In this document: in pieces, positions 16,330 through 25,185 of the stretch
Position numbering within the stretch: position 1 is the first letter of the stretch
How the letters are laid out: every line of letters starts with the position of its first letter
IMG/VR virus record: IMGVR_UViG_3300025779_000012
Coordinates: 1 to 25,185 of that record
Length of the DNA: 25,185 bases
Direction: 5' to 3' (one strand)
Source: a virus
Taxonomy: Duplodnaviria > Caudoviricetes
The notes under the pieces: model-generated
The model's database searches: none
Told to the model about the DNA's origin: nothing
The model's input: only the letters and a program-made list of their open reading frames with translations
Program-made: the position numbers and the translations under genes

Positions 16330-17040
16330 ATGGCATCAATCATTAATGCAACGACAACAAACGGAGTAGCCATAAGTGCTGATAACTCTGGTATTTTACA
16401 ACTTGCTACGAATAGTGGAACAACAGCAGTAACGATAGATGCTAGTCAAAATGTGGGGATTGGTATTTCTGTTCCTAGTACTAAGTTAGATGTAGTTGGA
16501 ACAATTTGGGCAAGAGGAGCGGTGTCTGCAGGAGCAGTAGCTATATTATCAGCGGACGCTGTTACAGGGGCAAATGGTATTGCTTTACAAGCCTCTTTTG
16601 CAGCAGGTGGATATGGACCCATTGGATTCTATACATCAGGAGTAGCGCAAGTAGCTGTACCTGCACTAGGTGGGTTAGTTGTAGTTCAGCCAGCAGGTCT
16701 AGGCTACGGCACAGGGTCAGGTGGTACGGTTACTCAAGCTACTTCTAAGAGTACAGCCGTTACATTGAATAAGCCTACTGGTCAGATTACGATGAACAAT
16801 GCTGCTTTGGCTGCTGGGGCAATCGTTACATTTGTTGTAACAAATTCTTTAGTAGCACAAACAGATACTGTTGTTTTAACTGCGACTTATATTGGCATAA
16901 ATCCATCTAACTACAGAATTGAATGCATGTATGTTGGTACAACTGGACAATTTGGCGTAAGAGTAACTAACATTTCTGCTGGCTCTTTATCTGAGGCATT
17001 ACAAATAAACTACGCAATCATTAAAGGAGCTACAGCATGA
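16330..17040 (+). CDS. Fibre-associated/tip protein (candidate receptor-binding)
   Basis: AVTIDASQNVGIG...PSTKLDV.G fibre repeat; C-terminal GGTVTQATSKSTAVTLNKPTGQITM beta domain. Confidence 0.65.
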   Translation: MASIINATTTNGVAISADNSGILQLATNSGTTAVTIDASQNVGIGISVPSTKLDVVGTIWARGAVSAGAVAILSADAVTGANGIALQASFAAGGYGPIGFYTSGVAQVAVPALGGLVVVQPAGLGYGTGSGGTVTQATSKSTAVTLNKPTGQITMNNAALAAGAIVTFVVTNSLVAQTDTVVLTATYIGINPSNYRIECMYVGTTGQFGVRVTNISAGSLSEALQINYAIIKGATA

Positions 17041-17234
17041 TCTATCTAGCAGCAGTAACACACGACATTAAATCCAACACACTAGAAGCTACATGGCTTG
17101 AAGAAATCTTAGATGCTGATGGCGTAGTCATAGAACTTAAACGTAGCAAGTGCCGTAACTATTCAGCAGAACAGAAAGCTGAGTTTGATGCTGATACAGG
17201 TACAACGGCTTATTCTGCGTTGGCTGGGTGGTAA
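17037..17234 (+). CDS. Small acidic protein, possible fibre assembly chaperone
   Basis: ATGA overlap with the tip gene; charged composition unlike the fibres. Confidence 0.45.
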   Translation: MIYLAAVTHDIKSNTLEATWLEEILDADGVVIELKRSKCRNYSAEQKAEFDADTGTTAYSALAGW

Positions 17235-17235
17235 T

Positions 17236-17454
17236 ATGGGTACTGTAGTGATTAATGGTTCAACTTCAGGTAGCTGTACGCTAACACCAGCAGCAGTAGC
17301 AGGTACAGCAACTATTACTTTACCTACAGTAACTGGTAATATGCTTTCATCTACAGGTGTAACTGCTTCAGTATTAGGTACTGTTACTAACAAAGTAGCA
17401 ATTAATATTGGCGGTACAGTTTATTATCTATTAGCTTCTACGAGTGCAGTTTAA
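17236..17454 (+). CDS. Mini fibre-associated protein (72 aa)
   Basis: Start reassigned to ATG 17236: MGTVVINGSTSGSCTLTPAAVAGTATITLP..., ending KVAINIGGTVYYLLA. Confidence 0.6.
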   Translation: MGTVVINGSTSGSCTLTPAAVAGTATITLPTVTGNMLSSTGVTASVLGTVTNKVAINIGGTVYYLLASTSAV

Positions 17455-17456
17455 TC

Positions 17457-17846
17457 ATGGCTAAACATTTAGAAAACTTTGGAAAGTGGTATGACGGAAT
17501 ATTAAATTTATTCCCATTCTGCTTAGACGATACATGGATTAAAACAATCGGTATTGCTTGGTTATTTACAGTAGAGGGTAAGTGGTCATTTATCCCTAAA
17601 ATAGTACCGACAAATTGGCAGTATGCTAATGCGTGTGTATTTGTAAGGTTTGGCTTACCCTTTGCTTTCTTTATGCAACTACGTGCTAGTCCTACACACT
17701 TGTTTCAAGGTGGGATTGGTTGGAAGCAATCAGGCAGAATAGCAATTCATTGTCGTTTTCAGACAGATGCAAGTTCAGCTATTGGTTATCATGTAGGCTT
17801 ACCTAATACAGATCATGCAAGTGGCTTTGAATATGGAAGGCATTAA
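17457..17846 (+). CDS. Hypothetical aromatic-rich protein
   Basis: Tightly packed between its neighbours; rich in W/F; no motif recognised. Confidence 0.55.
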   Translation: MAKHLENFGKWYDGILNLFPFCLDDTWIKTIGIAWLFTVEGKWSFIPKIVPTNWQYANACVFVRFGLPFAFFMQLRASPTHLFQGGIGWKQSGRIAIHCRFQTDASSAIGYHVGLPNTDHASGFEYGRH

Positions 17847-17847
17847 A

Positions 17848-18159
17848 ATGATTAATTACGTATGGAAAATATTAGAAATATCTGCTGAGAATGAGATAAT
17901 CACTCATGCTAAATACTATGTAACAGCAAGTGAAGATGATAGATTAGTAGAAACAGAGGGAAACTGGTGGTTCAATTATCCTGTAACTATGCCTTTTGCA
18001 GAAGTAACAGAAGAAATGGTTGTATCATGGATTGAAAAAGAAACTATGAGAGATGGTGTAAATATAATAAAATCTCGCTTAGAAGAACAATTAAATGAAA
18101 TAAAAACTAATGGTACTGTTGTTGCACCTTGGTTGCCACAAGTATTTACGCCTACATAA
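17848..18159 (+). CDS. Hypothetical tail/fibre-associated protein
   Basis: Start reassigned to ATG 17848 (MINYVWKI...); PFAEVTEEMVVSW...PW pattern seen in fibre-adjacent phage proteins. Confidence 0.6.
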   Translation: MINYVWKILEISAENEIITHAKYYVTASEDDRLVETEGNWWFNYPVTMPFAEVTEEMVVSWIEKETMRDGVNIIKSRLEEQLNEIKTNGTVVAPWLPQVFTPT

Positions 18160-18168
18160 GGAACTATT

Positions 18169-19158
18169 ATGACAATGCCACTAGAGATTATTTCACGAGC
18201 ATTAAAAGATATTGGTGCATTAGAATCAGGCGAAACACCAACACCTGATGCCACACAAGATGCTTTTGATATGCTCAATGATTTAGTAGATCAATGGTCT
18301 AATGAAGATATGATGGTCTACAATACGACTGAAATTATCTTCCCTCTTATTGCAGGTCAAGTTCAATACACGATAGGCCCTACACCCTCTACTGCAAACT
18401 TTATTGGTTCAGTATTTACAGGTTCAATTACAGGTAATATTCTTACAGTAACAGGCATAACAAGTGGCGCAATTGCACAAGGTCAAACATTAAAAGGTGC
18501 AGGCATTACAGCAGGAACTAAGATTGTTCAATTCTTAACAGGTGCAGGTGGCAACGTAAATGAAATAGGTACATATGAATTAAACATACCTTATCAAACA
18601 CCAATAGCTTCACAATCAATTACAGGCTATTACCAGAAGCCTTTATACATTGACCAAGCATACGTAAGGGTAAACACTCAAAGTAACGGCCAACCTGTTT
18701 TAAATGGTGGTTTAGATTATCAAGTCAGTATTTTAGCTTTAGAGAATTATAATCAGATTGGCTTAAAAACACTTAATGGCCCTTGGCCTAAAGCACTTTA
18801 TTACAATCCTAACGCTGTAACAGGTAATGTATTTGTATGGCCAAACCCTGCTCAAGGTGAGATGCACATATTCTCAAGTACAATCTTTAGTAACTATACT
18901 AATTTGTATGATGAAATTGCTCTACCTCAAGGTTACTCAATGGCTCTTAGATGGAATCTAGCAGAACGATTGATGCCTATGTATGGCAAAGCCTCACAAA
19001 TACAAATAGGCATGATTAATCAATACGCACAAGAATCTAAATCTACGATTAAACGTAATAACATGAAGCCTATTGCTTCTGCTAGTTATCCTAGCTCTAT
19101 GTTAGTTAGCAGAGCCCGTGACGCAGGGTGGATTTTGAGTGGGGGCTTCTTCAGTTGA
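18169..19158 (+). CDS. Head-to-tail adaptor (P22 gp4-like) with inserted beta domain
   Basis: [16 protein letters not shown]...[13 protein letters not shown] and LPQGY..AL.WNLA.RL.PMYG; position before the gp10-like gene. Confidence 0.75.
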   Translation: MTMPLEIISRALKDIGALESGETPTPDATQDAFDMLNDLVDQWSNEDMMVYNTTEIIFPLIAGQVQYTIGPTPSTANFIGSVFTGSITGNILTVTGITSGAIAQGQTLKGAGITAGTKIVQFLTGAGGNVNEIGTYELNIPYQTPIASQSITGYYQKPLYIDQAYVRVNTQSNGQPVLNGGLDYQVSILALENYNQIGLKTLNGPWPKALYYNPNAVTGNVFVWPNPAQGEMHIFSSTIFSNYTNLYDEIALPQGYSMALRWNLAERLMPMYGKASQIQIGMINQYAQESKSTIKRNNMKPIASASYPSSMLVSRARDAGWILSGGFFS

Positions 19159-19223
19159 CATATTCCGCTAATTTATGTATGAAAACTTTAATACGTGGTG
19201 ATTCTTATAAGGAAAGTGATTAA

Positions 19224-21479
19224 ATGTCAGATTTTGGCTTTGTTGGTCCTAGCTATGAAGCACCTAGTATCTACCAAGATGCACAGGAGTGTATTAACTG
19301 GCGTCCTGAAATTGACCCATTAAAATCCCCTGCTAGTGCAACTTCAGCAGCAAGTAGAGGTATTGTTGCTTTATATCCAACACCTGGTTTGCAATCATTA
19401 ATTTTATTACAAAATCAAGCTCAAGTACGAGGCATGAGAACTGTATCAGGTGGCAATTATTTAGTAGCAGTATGTGGCCCTTATGTCTATGTAATGGCTT
19501 CAGACTTTAACCCTACATTAATAGGTACTTTAAATTCTAATTCTGGCATGGTAGGAATTACTGATAATGGATTAAATGTTTATATAGTTGATGGTTCATA
19601 TCGTTATACATGGCGCATATCAAACCCTGCTAGTGCAGTATTTACAGGCTCAATATCAGGTACAACTTTAACTGTTACTTTATTAAAAAGTGGTAGTATT
19701 GGTGTAGGTCAATCTTTGTTTGGTGTAGGTTTAACTGCTGAAACTGTTATTACTGCTTTAGGTAGTGGTAGTGGTGGCCCAGGTACTTATACAGTTAATA
19801 TTTCACAAACTGAAACTTCAGAAGTAATGAATAGTGCTGCTGTAGCTGCAACGCTAACAGGTTCAATTTCAGGTACCACACTTACTGTTACAGCTATTAC
19901 AGGCACCTTATATCCTGGACAGACTATCCAAGGTGTTGGAGTAACGGCAGGTACAATTATTACTGCTTTAGGTAGTGGCACAGTTCTTAGTCAAACAATA
20001 ACAACTGGTGGCACAGGTTATAACGTAAATGATGTAATTACAGTTTTAGGTGGGGTTTATGGTACAACGCCAGCAACTTATATTGTATCTACAGTATCAG
20101 CAGGTGTAGTAACAGGTTTAACAATGACTAATGCAGGTGCTTATACTTCATTACCTACAAACCCTGTTTCAACTTCATGTAGTGGTGCAGGTGTAAACTT
20201 AACATTAACGCTTACTTTTGGTACAGGTTCAGGCAGTACAGGTAATTATGTTGTAAGTGCATCACAAACTGTAAGTTCAGAAACATTATATGCGCTTAAC
20301 TTTAGTGTATTACCTAGTACAGATGGTGCATTTAGTGGAGCTACTTCAGTAGATATTGTAGATAATTACTTTGTTTATAATAACCCTAATACTCAACAAT
20401 GGGGAGCAACTAATCCTTTATCTCCTATTAGTCAGCCTTTAAGTTTTTCATCTAAAGATGGCGCACCTGATAATCTAGTTACATTGATTGTAGATCATAG
20501 AGAAGTTTATTTATTAGGTGAAACTTCTTCAGAAGTATGGGTAGATGTAGGTACATTCCCTTTTGCTTTTCAACGCATACCAGGTACATCAACACAACAT
20601 GGAATTGCTGCAAAATCTTCAGTATCAAGATTAGGCAATTCTTTTGCTTACGTTTCAAGAAATCAACGTGGGCAATCTGAAATTATGCAAATGAATGGTT
20701 ATATACCACAACGCATATCAACTCATGCTGTAGAAAATACTTTAGTTAATAAGTATGTAGGTGATGCAATAGCTTGGACATATCAATTAGAAGGACATGA
20801 GTGTTATGTTGTAAGTTTTCCTACTATTAATTTAACTTGGGTATATGATATTACAACAGGTATGTGGCATAAATGGTTAGCAACTGATCCATTAACTGGT
20901 CAATACAATATGTACACAGGTAGTTGTAGTGCGGTATTTCAAGGATTAGTTGTAGTAGGTGATTATGCAGATGGGCATATTTATAAACTTGATCCTGATA
21001 CATATACAGATGATGGTGTAGAAGTTAGAAGATTAAGAAGATGCCCTCATTTAGTTACAGATTTACAACGCCAATACTTTGATGAATTACAAATACAGTT
21101 TCAACCTGGTGTTGGTATATTAGGTACTGCAAGTGCTATTTCTAATGGCATACAAAGCCCATTAATTATTAACAATGGTACTACTTATGTAGTAGCTAAT
21201 GGTGTAACAGTATATATTGAGCTTAGTTTAATACCACAAGTTAATGCTAATACACCTCTTACTGACCCACAAGCTATGCTTAGATGGTCAAATGATGGTG
21301 GTAGCACATGGTCTAATGAACATTGGACAACAATAGGTAAGATAGGTCATTATAAGAATCGTGCAATATGGCGCAGATTAGGTTGGGCACGAGATAGAAT
21401 ATTTGAAGTAGTAGTAACTGACCCAGTTAAAGCAGTTATTATTTCAGCTAATCTTAAGGCTTCAGAAGGGGAATCATAA
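19224..21479 (+). CDS. Tail hub / packaged-DNA stabilisation protein (P22 gp10-like) with inserted domains
   Basis: LYPTPGL, RISTHAVE, TWVYDITTGMWH, PQAMLRWSNDGGSTWSNE, WRRLGWARDRIFEV. Confidence 0.85.
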   Translation: MSDFGFVGPSYEAPSIYQDAQECINWRPEIDPLKSPASATSAASRGIVALYPTPGLQSLILLQNQAQVRGMRTVSGGNYLVAVCGPYVYVMASDFNPTLIGTLNSNSGMVGITDNGLNVYIVDGSYRYTWRISNPASAVFTGSISGTTLTVTLLKSGSIGVGQSLFGVGLTAETVITALGSGSGGPGTYTVNISQTETSEVMNSAAVAATLTGSISGTTLTVTAITGTLYPGQTIQGVGVTAGTIITALGSGTVLSQTITTGGTGYNVNDVITVLGGVYGTTPATYIVSTVSAGVVTGLTMTNAGAYTSLPTNPVSTSCSGAGVNLTLTLTFGTGSGSTGNYVVSASQTVSSETLYALNFSVLPSTDGAFSGATSVDIVDNYFVYNNPNTQQWGATNPLSPISQPLSFSSKDGAPDNLVTLIVDHREVYLLGETSSEVWVDVGTFPFAFQRIPGTSTQHGIAAKSSVSRLGNSFAYVSRNQRGQSEIMQMNGYIPQRISTHAVENTLVNKYVGDAIAWTYQLEGHECYVVSFPTINLTWVYDITTGMWHKWLATDPLTGQYNMYTGSCSAVFQGLVVVGDYADGHIYKLDPDTYTDDGVEVRRLRRCPHLVTDLQRQYFDELQIQFQPGVGILGTASAISNGIQSPLIINNGTTYVVANGVTVYIELSLIPQVNANTPLTDPQAMLRWSNDGGSTWSNEHWTTIGKIGHYKNRAIWRRLGWARDRIFEVVVTDPVKAVIISANLKASEGES

Positions 21480-21715
21480 TGTCTAATGGTATATATGGCA
21501 CCAGTCAGACTAATCCTTACCCACAAACTGAATTTTTAGATGCTCAAACTAAAAGGCCATCTCGTGCATGGCAACAGTTTTTTCTTAACTTGTTAAACTT
21601 TACTAGCGCACCTACAGCAACAACAGGTACAGCTAATCTACCTGCAAAGCCTGTAGGTTTTATTAATATATCAGTAGCAGGTAAACCTTATAAGGTGCCG
21701 TACTATAATGTCTAA
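21479..21715 (+). CDS. Short tail protein in the tail-needle (gp26) position
   Basis: Coupled to the gp10-like gene; P...FLD....PSRAWQQFF N-terminus. Confidence 0.5.
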   Translation: MSNGIYGTSQTNPYPQTEFLDAQTKRPSRAWQQFFLNLLNFTSAPTATTGTANLPAKPVGFINISVAGKPYKVPYYNV

Positions 21716-22163
21716 TATTGCAGAACAATTAAAAACACCTACTAGAGAGCAAATAGAAAAACTGCAATCTGAAATGGTTAAAATGCCACAAGCTGAATTA
21801 GATACTGAACATTATTTTTCAGGTGGTATGTATTGTCGCAAATTAACTAGACCTGCTGGCACATTGATTGTAGGCAAAGTACATCTTAAAGATCATTTCT
21901 TTTTATGTGCTAAAGGTGAGATTATTGTTTGGACAGAAAATGGTATGAAAACATTGACTGCTGGCGATATAATTGCAAGCAAGCCTGGCACTAAAAGAGT
22001 AACGTATGCAAAGACAGATGCAATAGGTATTACTTTTCATAAAACTGATAAAACTGATTTAGATGAGATTGAAGCAGAGTTAATTGAGCCAGACGATATG
22101 GCATTGTTTGATTCAAGTAATAAGTTAATTGAAAGCCAAATAACGGCTTTAAAGGGGATTTGA
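21708..22163 (+). CDS. Cupin-fold protein
   Basis: HYFSGGMYCRKLTRPAGTLIVGKVHLKDHFFLCAKGEI...SKPGTKR...ITFH double-stranded beta-helix pattern with His ligands. Confidence 0.7.
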   Translation: MSNIAEQLKTPTREQIEKLQSEMVKMPQAELDTEHYFSGGMYCRKLTRPAGTLIVGKVHLKDHFFLCAKGEIIVWTENGMKTLTAGDIIASKPGTKRVTYAKTDAIGITFHKTDKTDLDEIEAELIEPDDMALFDSSNKLIESQITALKGI

Positions 22164-22164
22164 T

Positions 22165-23127
22165 ATGACATGGGTAGCCGCAGCAATTGGTGGATCAAGT
22201 ATAGTTAGTGGAATAATAGGTGCAGGTGCTGCTACAGATGCCGCAAGCATTCAAGCTCAAGCAGGAGCAGCCGCACAGGCAGCTTTACTTGGTGTTGGTA
22301 AAGATGTATCTAAATTATATCAACCATATCAAGATGTAGGCGCACAAGGTTTAACTAATCTTAGTGATATGGCTAAATCAGGATATTTAACTAATCAATT
22401 TAGTAATGCTGACTTAAATGCCAATATAGCTCCTAATTATGCGTTTCAATTAGGACAAGGTCAGCAAAGTAATTTAGCTCAAGCTAATGCTACTGGTGGC
22501 TTAGTAGGCGGTAATGCTATGAAAGGCTTACAAGACTATACTCAAGGTTATGCAGGTAATGCTTATCAAAACGCATTTAATAATTATCAAGCACAACGGA
22601 CTAATATCTATAATGCAAATTCAGGATTAGCTGGTTTAGGTGCAAATGCAGTAACAGGTTCAGCTAATGCTCAAATAGGTGTAGGCACACAAATATCTAA
22701 TATTACTCAAGGTATTGCTAATGCTGAAGCAGCAGGAACTATTGGTGCAGCAAATGCGTATAGTGGTGGTGTAACTGGTGTAGGTAATGCAGGAGCTTTA
22801 TATGGTTTATTAAGTAATCAAAATAATATAACCACACCAAGTAATGCTCCTTATACACCAAGCACATCAATTATGGGCGATCAACAGTTTAATCAACCAT
22901 CACCTGGTGGTGGCATGGATTTTAGTCAATATTCAGATAGACGATTAAAAACAAATATTGTTAAAATTGGTCAATACTTAAATGGTCTTAATAAATATTC
23001 TTGGACATATCTATGGGGTGAAAACTCTACAGGTGCTATGGCTGATGAAGTAGAAAAATTAATACCAGAAGCTATTGGCATGAGATTAGGCTATAAAACT
23101 GTTAATTATGCTTTGTTAGGAGAATAA
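22165..23127 (+). CDS. DNA ejection/pilot protein (gp7-like) with C-terminal peptidase S74-like domain
   Basis: Hydrophobic Gly/Ala N-terminus (WVAAAIGG..IVSGIIG), YQPY...G, PNYAFQLGQG; C-terminal SDRRLKTNI...GAMADEVEK..PEA...GYKTVNY. Confidence 0.75.
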   Translation: MTWVAAAIGGSSIVSGIIGAGAATDAASIQAQAGAAAQAALLGVGKDVSKLYQPYQDVGAQGLTNLSDMAKSGYLTNQFSNADLNANIAPNYAFQLGQGQQSNLAQANATGGLVGGNAMKGLQDYTQGYAGNAYQNAFNNYQAQRTNIYNANSGLAGLGANAVTGSANAQIGVGTQISNITQGIANAEAAGTIGAANAYSGGVTGVGNAGALYGLLSNQNNITTPSNAPYTPSTSIMGDQQFNQPSPGGGMDFSQYSDRRLKTNIVKIGQYLNGLNKYSWTYLWGENSTGAMADEVEKLIPEAIGMRLGYKTVNYALLGE

Positions 23128-23128
23128 A

Positions 23129-24556
23129 ATGGCAGGCTTAGATGCAAGCGTAATAGGTAACTTAAAACCACCAGCACAAATGACATTAGGCGATTTAATG
23201 AATGTTGCTACTTCGGCACAAGCGTATAAACAAGCGCAACAAATTAATCCATTAGCTGTAAGAAAACAACAAGCAGAAACTGATGTATCAGAACAAACGG
23301 CTGCACCTAGAATATCGTCAGCTATATCTCAAGCTAGTACAGCAGAAACAGGGGCTACTTCGGCAGCTCAAACTTTAGCAGAAAAACAACAAGCTGGAAT
23401 TGCCAATGGTTTTGTTAATAGAATATTTGACCCCTTAGTTACGAAAGCTGCAAAATCACCTGAGTTATTAACGGATAAAGAAAAACAACAATTAGTTAAT
23501 AACACTACTGAATGGGGAATTAAACAAGGTAAAGAGCTTGGCATTGATGCAGATAAAGCAAGTCAATTAGTACAACCTTATATTGATGTAGCTACTAATA
23601 ATCCTGGTGGTTTGCAAGCGTATTATAAAAGTAGGCATATTCAAGGATTAAGTGGTGGAGAACAAACTGGAGTTATTGCAGGGCAAACAGCAGTTAATGC
23701 TGCTGGTCAAGCATTTAATATTAATCCATATCAAGGCACAACTTCAGCATATCAACAAACTGGTGGCGATCAAGTTCTTAATCCTAGACAACCATTAGGT
23801 ACTTACTCTACTGATATTTATGGTAACAAAGTATTTATACCTAATACCCCTCAAGGTGGTATTGGTCAACCTCAAGCCATTGGCGGTACTCAAACACAAC
23901 AACCACCACAAATGACAATACCACCAGGTGAAACGCCAGCATCAATGGCTTTTGTAACTGATTTACGTAACAATGCTAATAAAGCAGCAAGTACTGTCCG
24001 AGTGCAACAAGATAGCGCAAATCAAATTATTAAATTAGCTGATGAAACAAATACTGGTGTTGGCGCACAAATAATGAAAAATCTTGGTGGTGGCTTTGCT
24101 GGTTTACCTTGGACTTCTGATAATGCTGCTAACTTTGATAAGTTAGGTCATTATATTGCTCAAAACTCTATTATATTAGCTAATCAAGCAGGACTAGGTA
24201 CTGATTCTGGCCGTGATTTACAATCTCAAGCCTCAGGTAGTACAACATTTACTAAAGATGGCTTGAAAGCGGTAGCAAGAACTAATAGAGCATTGTCTAG
24301 CGGTGTTGATTTATTTAATCGTGGTGTAGAAAATGCTGTACAAAGAACAGGTAATCCATTCGCTGCTCGTGATTTTCAAAATCAATGGTCTACAACTGCT
24401 GATGTTAATTCATTAAGACTGTATGATGCACTTAATAACCATGATAACGCTGCTATTAGAGATGTTGTTAAGAGTGTAGGCGGTACTAAATCACAAGGTT
24501 ATAAAGATTTAACTACTCGTATGGCAAAAATGAAACAATTAATACAAGGTCAATAA
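23129..24556 (+). CDS. DNA ejection protein (gp20-position, putative)
   Basis: Gln/Ala-rich helical protein between the gp7-like gene and the transglycosylase-bearing gene. Confidence 0.6.
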   Translation: MAGLDASVIGNLKPPAQMTLGDLMNVATSAQAYKQAQQINPLAVRKQQAETDVSEQTAAPRISSAISQASTAETGATSAAQTLAEKQQAGIANGFVNRIFDPLVTKAAKSPELLTDKEKQQLVNNTTEWGIKQGKELGIDADKASQLVQPYIDVATNNPGGLQAYYKSRHIQGLSGGEQTGVIAGQTAVNAAGQAFNINPYQGTTSAYQQTGGDQVLNPRQPLGTYSTDIYGNKVFIPNTPQGGIGQPQAIGGTQTQQPPQMTIPPGETPASMAFVTDLRNNANKAASTVRVQQDSANQIIKLADETNTGVGAQIMKNLGGGFAGLPWTSDNAANFDKLGHYIAQNSIILANQAGLGTDSGRDLQSQASGSTTFTKDGLKAVARTNRALSSGVDLFNRGVENAVQRTGNPFAARDFQNQWSTTADVNSLRLYDALNNHDNAAIRDVVKSVGGTKSQGYKDLTTRMAKMKQLIQGQ

Positions 24557-24557
24557 C

Positions 24558-25185
24558 ATGGACGATCTACAGAATTTAGATGGTAGTAGTATTGATAGTC
24601 AGGTTAATAGTGCTTTAGGTTATAGCCCTAAATCAAGTCAATCTGCTTCACCTAAATATTCTGACTTTGATGTTAATAAAAGCTATGGCACACCTGCTAA
24701 ATTACTTGATAATTTAAAACAAACAGAAAGCTCTAATGATCCTTATGCAGTAGAAAAAAATACTAAAGCTATGGGAAGTTATCAATTTGAACCTGATACT
24801 GTTGCTTTGTTTAATAAAAATGGTGCTGTATTCAATCCATTTAAAGATGAAGAAGCTCGTGCTGCTGCTGATTATCAAATACAACAATATGTTAAACAAA
24901 ATGGTGGAGATTATAAAAAAGCTATGATGCAATATGGTGGCTTTAAAAAAGCTGATCCTACACCATATTTATCTAAAGTATTAAATGGTGTTGATTTAAG
25001 CAAACAACAAACACAACAACAAGCACCTATTAATGATCCATTAAGCAATTTATCAGGGGGTAGTGTTGACCTTGCTGTACAAAATGCTTTAAATGAAGGT
25101 AAAAAACCATCAACTCCGCCTAAACCTTCTGGGCCAGTATCTGACATACCTTATGATGTAGGAAATACATCTGCATCTACAGCAC
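24558..25185 (+). CDS. Large ejection protein with N-terminal lytic transglycosylase (SLT-like) domain (3'-truncated; absent from the ORF track)
   Basis: ATG 24558, open to the window end. LKQTESSNDPYA (catalytic E57), AMGSYQFEPDT, GDYKKAMMQYGG, PYLSKV. Confidence 0.8.
   Translation, partial: MDDLQNLDGSSIDSQVNSALGYSPKSSQSASPKYSDFDVNKSYGTPAKLLDNLKQTESSNDPYAVEKNTKAMGSYQFEPDTVALFNKNGAVFNPFKDEEARAAADYQIQQYVKQNGGDYKKAMMQYGGFKKADPTPYLSKVLNGVDLSKQQTQQQAPINDPLSNLSGGSVDLAVQNALNEGKKPSTPPKPSGPVSDIPYDVGNTSASTA

Noticed and set aside
3236-16748. Alternative-frame + strand ORFs (3236, 7545, 9160, 15293, 16506)
   Set aside because: Fully nested in stronger genes, with no recognisable motifs or frameshift signal that I could see.
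13732-17454. Diversity-generating retroelement or invertible tail-fibre switch
   Set aside because: No reverse transcriptase, invertase, adenine-variant TR/VR pair or inverted cassette seen; the repeats are diverged protein modules.
911-25147. All minus-strand ORFs in the track (e.g. 911-1135, 13290-13598, 17976-18278, 24714-24932, 24911-25147)
   Set aside because: Each lies antisense to a well-supported + strand gene and shows no recognisable motif; they are shadow ORFs from codon bias.

Overview
This window is a contiguous, almost entirely + strand segment of an AT-rich tailed phage (or prophage) genome with a P22-like podovirus morphogenesis module. In order it holds: a 5'-truncated ABC-ATPase/GNAT acetyltransferase fusion; a lambdoid replication pair (initiator with a probable internal origin, then a helicase loader); a nin-like region (PD-(D/E)XK nuclease, NinB, NinG); a sigma70-type promoter and small genes including GroES and a free-standing GIY-YIG endonuclease; TerS, TerL, portal, two small proteins, scaffold, coat and a decoration-like gene, then a terminator; a ~6 kb block of Thr/Ser/Gly-rich fibre genes; gp4-like adaptor, gp10-like tail hub, a short needle-position gene and a cupin; and three ejection proteins (the first with an S74 autocleavage domain, the last 3'-truncated with a lytic transglycosylase domain). 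I saw no integrase, Q antiterminator, lysis cassette, RNA gene or CRISPR array. The best candidate for an undescribed system is an N-terminal peptide motif shared by the scaffold and the two proteins encoded just upstream of it, which may be a capsid-targeting/cargo signal. All family calls come from motif recognition by eye, not from database searches, and the host cannot be determined from this window.
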